From a virus, in the IMG/VR virus record IMGVR_UViG_3300029906_000002, positions 1 through 64,000 of that record: 64,000 nt of DNA; one strand, given 5' to 3'. This document shows, piece after piece, positions 9,108 to 17,682 of this stretch. The position numbers and the translations under genes were made by a program. Position 1 is the first letter of the stretch. The number at the start of each line of letters is the position of its first letter. The notes under the pieces were generated by a model. It made no database searches and was not told the DNA's origin. It worked only from the letters and a program-made list of their open reading frames with translations.

Positions 9108-10874
9108 ATGAAATTGATCAAGCAATCGTTTGAAATCTGGGAACAAGAACCAGGAATAATAGGCGTATTCAAACAGATAGAAAAAGCTGCAAGATTATCC
9201 TATAAGTCAGAAGCGAATATTACAGATGATTCGGCTACTGAATTTGTCAGCAGAATGGTAAATATGGGTCATTGGGCTACTCTTGAGCATGGAACTGTGT
9301 ATCTTGTGGTTCCCCAAGACAATCCCAACTATCATCATTTGCTATCCAAATATAAAAGCAATCCGTATTCAGTATGCAATTACTCTATAGCATTCAATGG
9401 TGCTCCAGTAGGCAATCTGTATATAACCACAAATTATCGCGCGCTACTTGAAAACAAGTGGCTTGAGGATTTGAAGTATATATGTGGTCCGCTTGATATG
9501 CATAGCAGAAGAGTGACTGTATGCTTGATATGCGATCGTGGCATATCGCACGAGGTAGTACGGCATCGTGCATTTAGTTATATGCAACAGAGTACAAGAT
9601 ATGTTAACAGCTCCTCAATAAGTCCTATTATTGAATATAATTGCGATGATATTTCCGATATATGTGCCGCATATCAGCAGGGATTTTCAATGAAAAATAT
9701 ATCAGATCATAGTAGTTTATCAGAATGGGAAATTAGAAAAATATTATTGGAAAATAATGTAGTTATAAGAGGGTTAAATAATAAGGGGAATAGAGTAGAA
9801 GATTATTTTTCAATAATAGATACTCCTGAAAAAGCATACTTATTAGGTCTCATTCAAACGGATGGAAGTTTAAGTATTTCTAATAGAAATGGTTCATTGT
9901 GTATTACGCAACATAAAGATTATGCATGGTATATTGAAGATATGTTATTAGATTTTTCTGATAATATTTGTGTTTATGATGATAAAAATTGTAAGCAATT
10001 AATGATAGGATCTAAAGCAATAGTAAATGATTTGATTAATTTGGGAATCGTACCAAACAAAACAAGAGTACAAACAGATGATAATATAATTTCTTTATGG
10101 AATTCTATACCAGATAATTTTAAAGGAGATTTCATAAGAGGATGTATAGACGGTGATGGGTATGTAAGATTTTTTATTCAAAAAAGAGGCGTAAACGAAA
10201 GTTGTAATATTGGATTTTGTTCTATAAAAGAGATACTTATAGATAAGATTGTCGATTTTATTTATAATAAATTCAATTACAAATGCGGTAAATATAAATG
10301 TAAAAACTTATATAAACTATATATAACTGATAGAAATAAAGCTATCGAAATAGGGGATTATCTCTATAATAATTTTAAATATCCATTTGGGCATCCAAAA
10401 AAGGCTTCTACTTGGATAAAAAGAATTAATAAACAGTATCCAATAGCTGATTATAAAGATCCTAAATTTCAAATCATTAAACCAACATGGATAAATGATA
10501 ATTCTCCAGAATCTATATTTGATTTTATTAAATCTTTAGATAGTTGTGAAAATTCTTATACCAAATTAAGAATGTCTGGTTGTAAGCCTCAACAAGCAAG
10601 AAACGTACTTCCTAACGCTCTTAAAACCGAGATTGCCATAACCGGATTCGCAAAGGACTATTGGGGTGAATACTGGCTCATTAATAAGAACACCAATAAA
10701 GTTGACAAGGTGATTCCTGGTAGGTCTTGGAAAGATATTAATTCAGTACCAAGAAGTATGTACAATATAGTCGAGAGAGGCTTCTTCCCATTACGTTGTT
10801 CTAAGTCTGCACATCCGCAGATGCAGGAACTTGTTATTCCGTTGCGTGATAAATTTTATGAGCTTGGATTATGA
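9108..10874 (+). CDS. thyX: Flavin-dependent thymidylate synthase with in-frame LAGLIDADG insertion
   Basis: GHWATLEH, RHRAFSYMQQSTRY (ThyX motif), QQARNVLPNALKTE, LRCSKSAHPQM; internal LAGLIDADG domain. Confidence 0.9.
   Translation: MKLIKQSFEIWEQEPGIIGVFKQIEKAARLSYKSEANITDDSATEFVSRMVNMGHWATLEHGTVYLVVPQDNPNYHHLLSKYKSNPYSVCNYSIAFNGAPVGNLYITTNYRALLENKWLEDLKYICGPLDMHSRRVTVCLICDRGISHEVVRHRAFSYMQQSTRYVNSSSISPIIEYNCDDISDICAAYQQGFSMKNISDHSSLSEWEIRKILLENNVVIRGLNNKGNRVEDYFSIIDTPEKAYLLGLIQTDGSLSISNRNGSLCITQHKDYAWYIEDMLLDFSDNICVYDDKNCKQLMIGSKAIVNDLINLGIVPNKTRVQTDDNIISLWNSIPDNFKGDFIRGCIDGDGYVRFFIQKRGVNESCNIGFCSIKEILIDKIVDFIYNKFNYKCGKYKCKNLYKLYITDRNKAIEIGDYLYNNFKYPFGHPKKASTWIKRINKQYPIADYKDPKFQIIKPTWINDNSPESIFDFIKSLDSCENSYTKLRMSGCKPQQARNVLPNALKTEIAITGFAKDYWGEYWLINKNTNKVDKVIPGRSWKDINSVPRSMYNIVERGFFPLRCSKSAHPQMQELVIPLRDKFYELGL
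9618..10454 (+). mobile_element. In-frame two-motif LAGLIDADG homing-endonuclease insertion with no Hint motifs seen; boundaries approximate
   Basis: HTH-like lead-in, YFSIIDTPEKAYLLGLIQTDGS, LGIVPNKT, DFIRGCIDGDG; markedly AT-rich relative to the 5' thyX flank. Confidence 0.8.
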
Positions 10875-10913
10875 AACCACACTTGAGGACGGTTTGAAGA
10901 AAGTGATTAAACT

Positions 10914-11055
10914 AATTAAAAAGTAAGGATTATGAATTTCTTCAGATATATATTGGGTGACTTTTGGCACTTTGCGGGATTCGTGCTTATCCTTTGGATT
11001 GTCTTAGTCGGAATAGCAGATATTGTAAGAGAAATTAAAAAGTAAAGATTATGAA
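10914..11055 (+). repeat. 23-bp direct repeat (22/23 identical) flanking the small TM gene
   Basis: AATTAAAAAGTAAGGATTATGAA (10914-10936) and AATTAAAAAGTAAAGATTATGAA (11033-11055). Confidence 0.7.
10932..11045 (+). CDS. Small single-TM protein (37 aa)
   Basis: MNFFRYILGDFWHFAGFVLILWIVLVGIADIVREIKK; below the ORF-track length cutoff. Confidence 0.65.
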   Translation: MNFFRYILGDFWHFAGFVLILWIVLVGIADIVREIKK

Positions 11056-11488
11056 ACAATGTCTTGATATAGAGCAGATGCAGCACCTGCAAGAGTTTGG
11101 ACTGGAACTGAAAAAAACTACGATGTATTGGGCAAGATGTGTGGATAACAATCCTCGTGCTGCAACACATTATGGAAAATGGGTTCTGATAAAAGGGAAT
11201 AATGCTCAAACCGTAGGTCTTATACACTGGGAGTTTATTCCTGCTTACACCTTACAGGATGTACTGGATATGCTACCAAAGGAGATAAAACCCAACAATA
11301 CACGTTACTTTCTGCGGATAGATTTTGCTGATGAGTGTGTTTATTATTACTGTGATGATCACAATTTTATTGAGCAAAGAAAGAAAGTAATCGGCTATGA
11401 TGGCATGGACGGATTGATTAATGCCGCCTATGAGTTGTTAATATGGTGTATTAAAAACGGTTATATAGAAACCAATAAAAACGAATAA
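11051..11488 (+). CDS. Hypothetical Bacteroidota phage protein
   Basis: LDIEQMQHLQEFG...IPAYTLQDVLDMLP...AAYELLIWCIKNGY. Confidence 0.75.
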   Translation: MKQCLDIEQMQHLQEFGLELKKTTMYWARCVDNNPRAATHYGKWVLIKGNNAQTVGLIHWEFIPAYTLQDVLDMLPKEIKPNNTRYFLRIDFADECVYYYCDDHNFIEQRKKVIGYDGMDGLINAAYELLIWCIKNGYIETNKNE

Positions 11489-11489
11489 T

Positions 11490-12014
11490 ATGAAGCAATA
11501 CAAGGTATTATTTGCCGATTTGGATGGTACCCTGATTGATACGGTAAGTGGTAACACGTTCCCAAAAGGCATTTGGGATATGCGTTTCAAATACGATGTA
11601 CTTGATGCAATCAAACGACTAAAACCATTATGTTTATTAATTGTGTCCAATCAAGGTGGGATAGAAAAAGGATTCGTAATTAGACGGAACTTTGAGTTTA
11701 AGATGGAATATATCGTCCGTTCAATACAAGAATATGTCGGATGTTATACGGAATATTCTTATTGTGAAAGTAATGATAAGGCAAATTATTATAGAAAACC
11801 CAATACGGGAATGCTTGAAAGTTTGCTAAGAAAATGTCAAATGCATCTATTTAGACAAGATAATCTAACACTATACGATTGCCTTATGATTGGTGATGCT
11901 TCTGGCAAGGAAGGGCAGTTCTCTGATAGTGATAAGGAAACCGCAGAGAACTTTGGGATTGATTATTTAGATGTAGAAGATTTTATCAAAGAAATAAATG
12001 AAGAGAAGGATTAG
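11490..12014 (+). CDS. HAD-family (IIIA) polynucleotide 3'-phosphatase-like protein
   Basis: FADLDGT, VSNQGG, RKPNTGM, MIGDASG...FSDSD motifs. Confidence 0.85.
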   Translation: MKQYKVLFADLDGTLIDTVSGNTFPKGIWDMRFKYDVLDAIKRLKPLCLLIVSNQGGIEKGFVIRRNFEFKMEYIVRSIQEYVGCYTEYSYCESNDKANYYRKPNTGMLESLLRKCQMHLFRQDNLTLYDCLMIGDASGKEGQFSDSDKETAENFGIDYLDVEDFIKEINEEKD

Positions 12015-12351
12015 AAAAACTGGCGAAATAGTTGATGTAATAGATTGGTATAACCCAACAGATACTGAACGCAACGAAAATGATTCAGTTTCTTACATTG
12101 ATTCAAAAGGTAATGAATGTGTGAAAGTCAAAGGGCTTAATATCGCTTGGGATTTCGAGGATGTTCTGGATACTGAGATTAATTGGGAACAGTACAGGCT
12201 TGAATTAGTAAAGACTATTACTCATGGACAACTGACTGGGCCTATCGTGGATGGAATAGACCCAAATCCAAGTATTTCCAGTTTCGCAAAACAGGTAGTT
12301 AAGATGGCTGATGCTATCATTGAGGAATTAAAGAAAGGAGATAAGAAATGA
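11998..12351 (+). CDS. Hypothetical protein
   Basis: RIRKTGEIVDV...INWEQYRLEL...ADAIIEELKK. Confidence 0.7.
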   Translation: MKRRIRKTGEIVDVIDWYNPTDTERNENDSVSYIDSKGNECVKVKGLNIAWDFEDVLDTEINWEQYRLELVKTITHGQLTGPIVDGIDPNPSISSFAKQVVKMADAIIEELKKGDKK

Positions 12352-12617
12352 GCACAAAAGGATTATTATTACTGCAAATGGCAGAAGCAATGGTTTCGAT
12401 TGATCACGTGTATAACCCATACCATCAGGAACGTGTAAGGCGTGAAAACGAGGAACACTGTAAACGAAAGAAAGCCAATATCCAAAGAATAGCTGAGATG
12501 AATAGAAAAAGATTTGGCGAAAAACCTATGTCGAAGTTTGTCATCAAAGGTCATGAAGTTGAGGCTTACTCTCGCAAAGATGCTATCATCAAACTTAAAC
12601 ATCAAGGTTTGCTATGA
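12348..12617 (+). CDS. Hypothetical protein
   Basis: 89-aa ORF ending FVIKGHEVEAYSRKDAI. Confidence 0.7.
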   Translation: MSTKGLLLLQMAEAMVSIDHVYNPYHQERVRRENEEHCKRKKANIQRIAEMNRKRFGEKPMSKFVIKGHEVEAYSRKDAIIKLKHQGLL

Positions 12618-12674
12618 TATGTGAATTTACGATGTAGAAAACCATAAACAAAAAAAACAAAGGAGAACTAAACT

Positions 12675-13052
12675 ATGGATTTGAAAACGATTTTACATCA
12701 ACTTGTAGAAGCAAATGATAAAGGAGAAATTTCGGACGGATACCATACATTCAATGAATTATATCGTTATAGAATGCTGTATAATGCTGCATTTTTCAAT
12801 GAATTGGCAAGTAATGGTAAAGTCAATGTAGTGAAATCAAAAAGACATCATAATGGAGAAGAATGCTTTGGCGGAGGATGGTTTATTGTGATGGCCGAAT
12901 TACCTACCGGACAGATTTCAAACCATTACGAACTAAAGAATTGGGAATACTTCAAGTGCGAAGAAGTAGAAGTTGCGCCCGAATGGGATGGTCACACTCC
13001 TGAAGATGTAGCACACAGATTGGAAAGTTTTATAATAGGCTATCAAATTTGA
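12675..13052 (+). CDS. WDGH-motif phage protein
   Basis: SDGYHTFNELY...GWFIVMAELPTGQISNHY...WDGHT. Confidence 0.75.
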   Translation: MDLKTILHQLVEANDKGEISDGYHTFNELYRYRMLYNAAFFNELASNGKVNVVKSKRHHNGEECFGGGWFIVMAELPTGQISNHYELKNWEYFKCEEVEVAPEWDGHTPEDVAHRLESFIIGYQI

Positions 13053-13062
13053 GAACTAAACA

Positions 13063-13197
13063 ATGGGAATGACAGTACAAGACTTGATTGACAAACTCAT
13101 GAAAATAGAGGATAAGTCAAAAGAAGTTCTAAAAGAACAAGGAAATCAAGATATTTCAGAAGTTGTAGATGGCTATGAATATGTTATATTGAAATAA
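13063..13197 (+). CDS. Small hypothetical protein
   Basis: MGMTVQDLIDKLMKIEDKSKEV... fills the gap between neighbours. Confidence 0.55.
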   Translation: MGMTVQDLIDKLMKIEDKSKEVLKEQGNQDISEVVDGYEYVILK

Positions 13198-13200
13198 GTT

Positions 13201-13875
13201 ATGGAATGCAAAATAGGAGAAATAAGAAAAATTGGTAGTGAGTGGTATCAGTGTGTGGAAAGTAAGCAGGACGCTTGTACTGACTGTGCTTTCAACCCTA
13301 TAAATGGCATAGGGTATAATTGTAGCGGTTCATGTACCTATAAACAAGTTATCTTCAAAAAACTTGAAAAAGTCGGAGAGCCTTATGATGATTGTGGAGC
13401 TATTCTACAAAGATTTAAGATTTATACCAATGTCACAAATGCTGATACTAAAGGATTAGAGCTTCATATTTATTCCAATGATACTATTGGAATAGAAATT
13501 AAAGAAAACAAGGAAGGTATGAAAGAAAAGAATTTGAAACCATTTGACCTCGAAGCGACTAAAGCCGGTAAGTTCGTATGTACAAGAGATGGACGCAAGG
13601 CGAGGATTATTTGCTTCGATAAAAATAATCTTCTTCCCATTGTAGCGTTAGTCACAGGAGAAGATGGATTAGAAACTGTATTTCAATACTATTCTAATGG
13701 GCAAACGCATGAATATGTTGAACGCCCAGAAGATCTTATGATGCTCCCCGAAAAGAAAGAAGGGTGGGTGAATGTGTATAAAGATTCTGTATATGACACC
13801 AAAGACGAGGCAATAGATGGAATGTATGAAGGTAGAGGTTATATTGATACGGTTAAAGTGAGTTGGGAGGAATAG
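13201..13875 (+). CDS. Hypothetical protein, Cys-rich N-domain + TRDGRKARIIC domain (paralog family)
   Basis: CTDCAF...CSGSC; PFDLEATKAGKFVCTRDGRKARIICFD...PIVALV. Confidence 0.75.
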   Translation: MECKIGEIRKIGSEWYQCVESKQDACTDCAFNPINGIGYNCSGSCTYKQVIFKKLEKVGEPYDDCGAILQRFKIYTNVTNADTKGLELHIYSNDTIGIEIKENKEGMKEKNLKPFDLEATKAGKFVCTRDGRKARIICFDKNNLLPIVALVTGEDGLETVFQYYSNGQTHEYVERPEDLMMLPEKKEGWVNVYKDSVYDTKDEAIDGMYEGRGYIDTVKVSWEE

Positions 13876-13878
13876 ACC

Positions 13879-14070
13879 ATGCCAAACCATGGATATTGTC
13901 GGAATTGTTGGTGGCATAAAGGCGGAATTTGTTACATGCAAGGCGTAAGGACACAAGATTATTCTTATTGTCCGGATTATGTAAATCGAGATAAACTGAA
14001 TAAGAAAGGTACGCTTGATAATCTTCTTAAAGAGTGGAAAGAAAAAGGTGTAATGCCTGCTATTATCTAA
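13879..14070 (+). CDS. Small Cys-rich protein
   Basis: CRNCWW...C...YCPDY. Confidence 0.6.
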   Translation: MPNHGYCRNCWWHKGGICYMQGVRTQDYSYCPDYVNRDKLNKKGTLDNLLKEWKEKGVMPAII

Positions 14071-14092
14071 AGAAATTAAAGGAGAAATAATT

Positions 14093-14305
14093 ATGTATGT
14101 AGCAAGAGATGAAAGCGGGTTATTATGTGCGTACAGTCATAAGCCCTCTAAAAATAAGAAAGTATGGATTGAGAATCCTGAAGATAAGGGCATTGACGTT
14201 GATAGTATTTGCGTTATGCCGGAACATTGGTTCCCCGAAGTAAAATGGGAGGACGAAGAGCCGCGCGAACTTGTTTTGAAACCAGTAGATAATGATAAAA
14301 AATAA
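14093..14305 (+). CDS. Stand-alone RDxDG...KWEDEEP protein
   Basis: MYVARDESG...WFPEVKWEDEEPREL. Confidence 0.7.
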   Translation: MYVARDESGLLCAYSHKPSKNKKVWIENPEDKGIDVDSICVMPEHWFPEVKWEDEEPRELVLKPVDNDKK

Positions 14306-14555
14306 AAAACATTCTTTTCTTGCTAAAAAGTTGCACGGCTTGAAGGAACAGGTAAATTATTACCTGGTTTCTCTCAAAGTCGCAAAATCAAATTTGACCT
14401 CTTCATGGTTTAATCCTTACGATGATTATAAATTAAAATACAAGTCTGATATTGAAGAGTATAAGTATATGCTTAATTCTCTTTCAGAAAAGATTCGTAA
14501 AGTGAAAAATGAAATTTACATAGCGCAAAGTAATTATCTTTTAAAACGATTATGA
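14292..14555 (+). CDS. Hypothetical protein
   Basis: 87-aa ORF overlapping the previous gene. Confidence 0.55.
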   Translation: MIKNKKHSFLAKKLHGLKEQVNYYLVSLKVAKSNLTSSWFNPYDDYKLKYKSDIEEYKYMLNSLSEKIRKVKNEIYIAQSNYLLKRL

Positions 14556-14562
14556 AAAGAAT

Positions 14563-15180
14563 ATGAGGAAGATAGTTTTTTCAGATAAGTTTAAACTTAC
14601 TGATTCTGTTCTGGAAGGATTCAAAACACAATTCAGATGTGTCGTCCCTAATAATATGATTGGTAAAATCATTAATGAGTTCAAGGATGATTATTACGAA
14701 AAGACATTCGACACCATGAGCGATGTTGAACTCATTAATCATTACTACTTTACTGAAAAGCTCGCAAAGCCTCCTTATATTGTCGGAGAGAAACTTGCAG
14801 TAGCGCAGACATACGAAAGCATCATAAATAATAAAGCGTTTTCTGAGAGATTCCAGTTTTTACTTGATGAGATTCCGGGATGGAAGGATAACAGAAAAGT
14901 AAAAGCTGAGAAAATGATTCATAACATAACTATCACAAGTGTTAGAATCGAAAAGTTACAGGATATCTCTGACAATAATTGTCTAAAGGAAGGCGTTGAG
15001 CAAACAATCGTTGGCGATAAAGAGAAAAAATTCACTACCGTTTACGGTTACAGAACAACCAAGGAAGTGTGGTTTACTCCAAGAGAAGCATTTATTCAGC
15101 TAATCAACAAAGTTCATAGAAATAATATCTGGAAAGAAAATCCATACGTCTTTGTGTTTAACTTTATCTTGGATGTATAA
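14563..15180 (+). CDS. ASCH/PUA-like phage protein
   Basis: IVFSD...VLEGFKTQFR...ITSVRIEKLQDISD..CLKEG...WKENPYVFVFNF. Confidence 0.7.
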   Translation: MRKIVFSDKFKLTDSVLEGFKTQFRCVVPNNMIGKIINEFKDDYYEKTFDTMSDVELINHYYFTEKLAKPPYIVGEKLAVAQTYESIINNKAFSERFQFLLDEIPGWKDNRKVKAEKMIHNITITSVRIEKLQDISDNNCLKEGVEQTIVGDKEKKFTTVYGYRTTKEVWFTPREAFIQLINKVHRNNIWKENPYVFVFNFILDV

Positions 15181-15229
15181 GGCTAAATGTCCAGCCTATA
15201 ATTGGGTGCTAATTAAAAAACAATTATTA

Positions 15230-15439
15230 ATGGGATTTAAAAGAGGAAGAAAACAAGGTGTATCGTCTGAGTTTGAGCATCGTTGGATTCAATGGCCCAA
15301 CTACGGTACAATGAAATGCACAAAGTGCGGAATAATCAAAAGAAAGATTGGAGAGAAGCTGTATTACTTCAATAGTGACGGTTCATCTACCACAGAAGCA
15401 CCAAAATGTTTAACCAATAAACTTAATAATAATGGCTAA
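15230..15439 (+). CDS. Small zinc-ribbon-like protein
   Basis: HRW...CTKCG...PKC. Confidence 0.55.
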   Translation: MGFKRGRKQGVSSEFEHRWIQWPNYGTMKCTKCGIIKRKIGEKLYYFNSDGSSTTEAPKCLTNKLNNNG

Positions 15440-16034
15440 TATTTGCTGTAATGACCTGCATTTTGTAGGAAACAAAGAAGATATTGAGAAGTTACATAGT
15501 GAGTTTATAAAACTAAATAGCTCAAATAATAATACTTGGGTTGGAAACATGATTGAAGCTGCTGGCAAGAATGTTGATGACTATGAAGATATTCGAGCTT
15601 TTGTAGCATACGTTTCCGATGTAGGCAGCGATGAGAAAGGCAACTTTACATTGGACGTTGACATAGAATCAAAATGGATTCCTGCGTATGACTTCTTCAA
15701 ATTCTTAGATGAAGAATACGAAGATGTGTTATTGCTTTGGTATGCCGAAGAACCTGGTTGCGAAATCTATGAAACCAATGATTACAATAAGGAGTATTTC
15801 AAAAGTGAATACGTTGTTGATTCAGACAGTTGGTGCGAATACATGGATGACCTGCAAGCTGCAAAAGAAGCCATTAAATCATCCTTTGAGAATGAAAACA
15901 TGATGGATAGATTTAATGAGAATGCTAATACGTTCAGAGAGCTTGAGGATCTGTGTAACGAGTATACTGATTTCGCTGGAGAAGTAGCTGGAGACAAGTA
16001 TCTAATGATTCATAAGATTGAGGTTAAATATTGA
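15432..16034 (+). CDS. DUF1281/YubB ferredoxin-like-fold phage protein
   Basis: MANICCNDLHFVG...ESKWIP...YAEEPGCEIY. Confidence 0.6.
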   Translation: MANICCNDLHFVGNKEDIEKLHSEFIKLNSSNNNTWVGNMIEAAGKNVDDYEDIRAFVAYVSDVGSDEKGNFTLDVDIESKWIPAYDFFKFLDEEYEDVLLLWYAEEPGCEIYETNDYNKEYFKSEYVVDSDSWCEYMDDLQAAKEAIKSSFENENMMDRFNENANTFRELEDLCNEYTDFAGEVAGDKYLMIHKIEVKY

Positions 16035-16047
16035 TTAATGATTAAGT

Positions 16048-16091
16048 TAAGGCTGGGCTGCTCTACGGAGTAACCCAGCCTTATTTTTTTT
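16048..16091 (+). terminator. Intrinsic terminator ending the early/middle gene run
   Basis: TAAGGCTGGG...CCCAGCCTTA stem plus T tract. Confidence 0.85.
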
Positions 16092-16129
16092 ATCACACCA
16101 TATTTGGCATAATAACAGATAGAAAATTA

Positions 16130-16330
16130 TTACATAGTAAATTAAATCTTGCTAAAACTGGGCGCGAGCCAAAACATATTGCGGGCAAGGTGCTATCAAA
16201 TTCAATTAAATTTAAATTGAAAAGTTTTAATGGGTTAAATGGTTTAATACCATTAGCTTACGGATATAAAACTGATATTTTAATTGATATTTACAATACT
16301 GTAATTTTGGCGTGGAATTATTGGATAAAT
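16130..16330 (+). pseudogene. Possible relic of a P63C-family gene
   Basis: LSNSIKFK...AYGYKTDILIDIYNTV aligns by eye with VENPIKFK...TYGYNAEFLIDLAIAI of the intact downstream gene; no full ORF. Confidence 0.45.
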
Positions 16331-16390
16331 ATTTCAGACAAAATATATCTTGGAACTAAGCTATTATTGCTAAGTATTGAATGTGATTTT

Positions 16391-16437
16391 ATAATTTAAG
16401 GGAAGAATCCAAATCAGTTTCTTCCCTTATTTTTTTT
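16391..16437 (+). terminator. Intrinsic terminator, copy 1 of a duplicated pair
   Basis: TAAGGGAAGA...TCTTCCCTTA plus T8. Confidence 0.8.
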
Positions 16438-16445
16438 GTCAACTC

Positions 16446-16477
16446 CTTGACACGGCAAAATAAATTAATTATCTTTG
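16446..16477 (+). promoter_or_regulatory. Bacteroidota-type promoter for the P63C gene
   Basis: -7 TATCTTTG (16470-16477), CTTG 20 nt upstream. Confidence 0.7.
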
Positions 16478-16496
16478 CCTAATAAAATCAAAGTAC

Positions 16497-17420
16497 ATGA
16501 CAAAGATACAAAACAAGATTGAATTGGCGAATAATAGTAGCCAACAATCGCATGAAATTGAGAAAAACAATCTTCCGGTAGCTAAATATGGAAGTAGTAA
16601 AACGCCTCTTAAACTTGGAGAATTAGAAATCCCCTGCTATATTCTTGACAATAAAGAAAAGACAAGAGTTCTTTCTGAAAGTGGAATAAAGTCAATATTC
16701 GGTATAAAAGGTGGCGGTGGAAGTTTGTTAAAATTCGTAAGAAAAAATTTAATTTGTACAAAAAACGGTGCCAGTCTATTAAACACTGTTGAGAATCCAA
16801 TAAAATTTAAATCTACTTATAGTTCAACGACTTATGGATATAATGCTGAGTTTTTAATAGACTTAGCTATCGCAATAACCGAATCTGAAGAACTAAAATC
16901 GTGCCAGTCACATCTAATATTTTTAGCAAATATTATAATTAAGGCATCTGCAAAAACGGGTATCATTGCTCTTATTGATGAGGCCCTTGGATATAAAGAA
17001 AAAGATGACGCTAAAGAATCTCTTAGTAGATTTTTTAATACATTCTTGTTGAAAGAAGCGGCTAAATGGGTGAAAACATTTCCGGATTCATTCTTCTTCA
17101 ATATCTATAAGATGAGAGGATGGACATGGGCATTAACAAATAAACATCCTGCAATAGTTGGTCAATGGATAAATGATTTAGTTTACAAACGTCTTGCTCC
17201 AGGTCTTGTGGATGAATTTTCAAAAATCAATCCAAAGAATATAAATGGTAATAGATCTATGAAAAATCATCAATTCATAAAAGATGAATACAAGACTATG
17301 CTAAACGATTTATTTGCGAAAATTGATGCGATTGCAAAACTTGCTAATTACGATTGGAATACATTCATAGATATGCTTGATAAGGTTGCGCCAAAATATC
17401 CAGATAAGATAAATGATTAA
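16497..17420 (+). CDS. P63C-domain protein (antirepressor-associated family)
   Basis: LGELEIPCYIL..RVLS, AKTGIIALIDEALGY, WVKTFPDSFF, LVYKRLAPG, HQF motifs. Confidence 0.85.
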   Translation: MTKIQNKIELANNSSQQSHEIEKNNLPVAKYGSSKTPLKLGELEIPCYILDNKEKTRVLSESGIKSIFGIKGGGGSLLKFVRKNLICTKNGASLLNTVENPIKFKSTYSSTTYGYNAEFLIDLAIAITESEELKSCQSHLIFLANIIIKASAKTGIIALIDEALGYKEKDDAKESLSRFFNTFLLKEAAKWVKTFPDSFFFNIYKMRGWTWALTNKHPAIVGQWINDLVYKRLAPGLVDEFSKINPKNINGNRSMKNHQFIKDEYKTMLNDLFAKIDAIAKLANYDWNTFIDMLDKVAPKYPDKIND

Positions 17421-17632
17421 CGACAAGAATTATTAACTATCGTAAAAATACAATCAATTTTTGCCCGCAGTAATTAAGGAAATAAAGAGTATAACAAGAT
17501 TTGGTATTACACATTAAAATGATTTTGATTCAATAACTTATGTGATAAAAACACAATATCAATAAAGATTTATATTACTAATACAAGTGTTAAATCCGCC
17601 CACGAGAAACGAGGAGGATTGATTGTGGCTAA

Positions 17633-17682
17633 ATAATTTAAGGGGAAGAGACTACTTCAGTTTCTTCCCCTTATTTTTTTTA
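17633..17682. terminator. Terminator at the strand-convergence point, copy 2 of the duplicated pair
   Basis: TAAGGGGAAGA...TCTTCCCCTTA plus T tract that overlaps the TAA stop of the minus-strand gene. Confidence 0.8.

Noticed and set aside
9609-10505. Canonical intein in ThyX (possible S start at VN/SSS, possible end at INDN/S)
   Set aside because: No Hint blocks or penultimate His, and IIKPTW before the putative end looks like ThyX extein sequence.
16180-17469. 9-bp inverted repeat TGCGGGCAA / TTGCCCGCA around the P63C gene
   Set aside because: Too short, and no recombinase or transposase nearby; may be chance.
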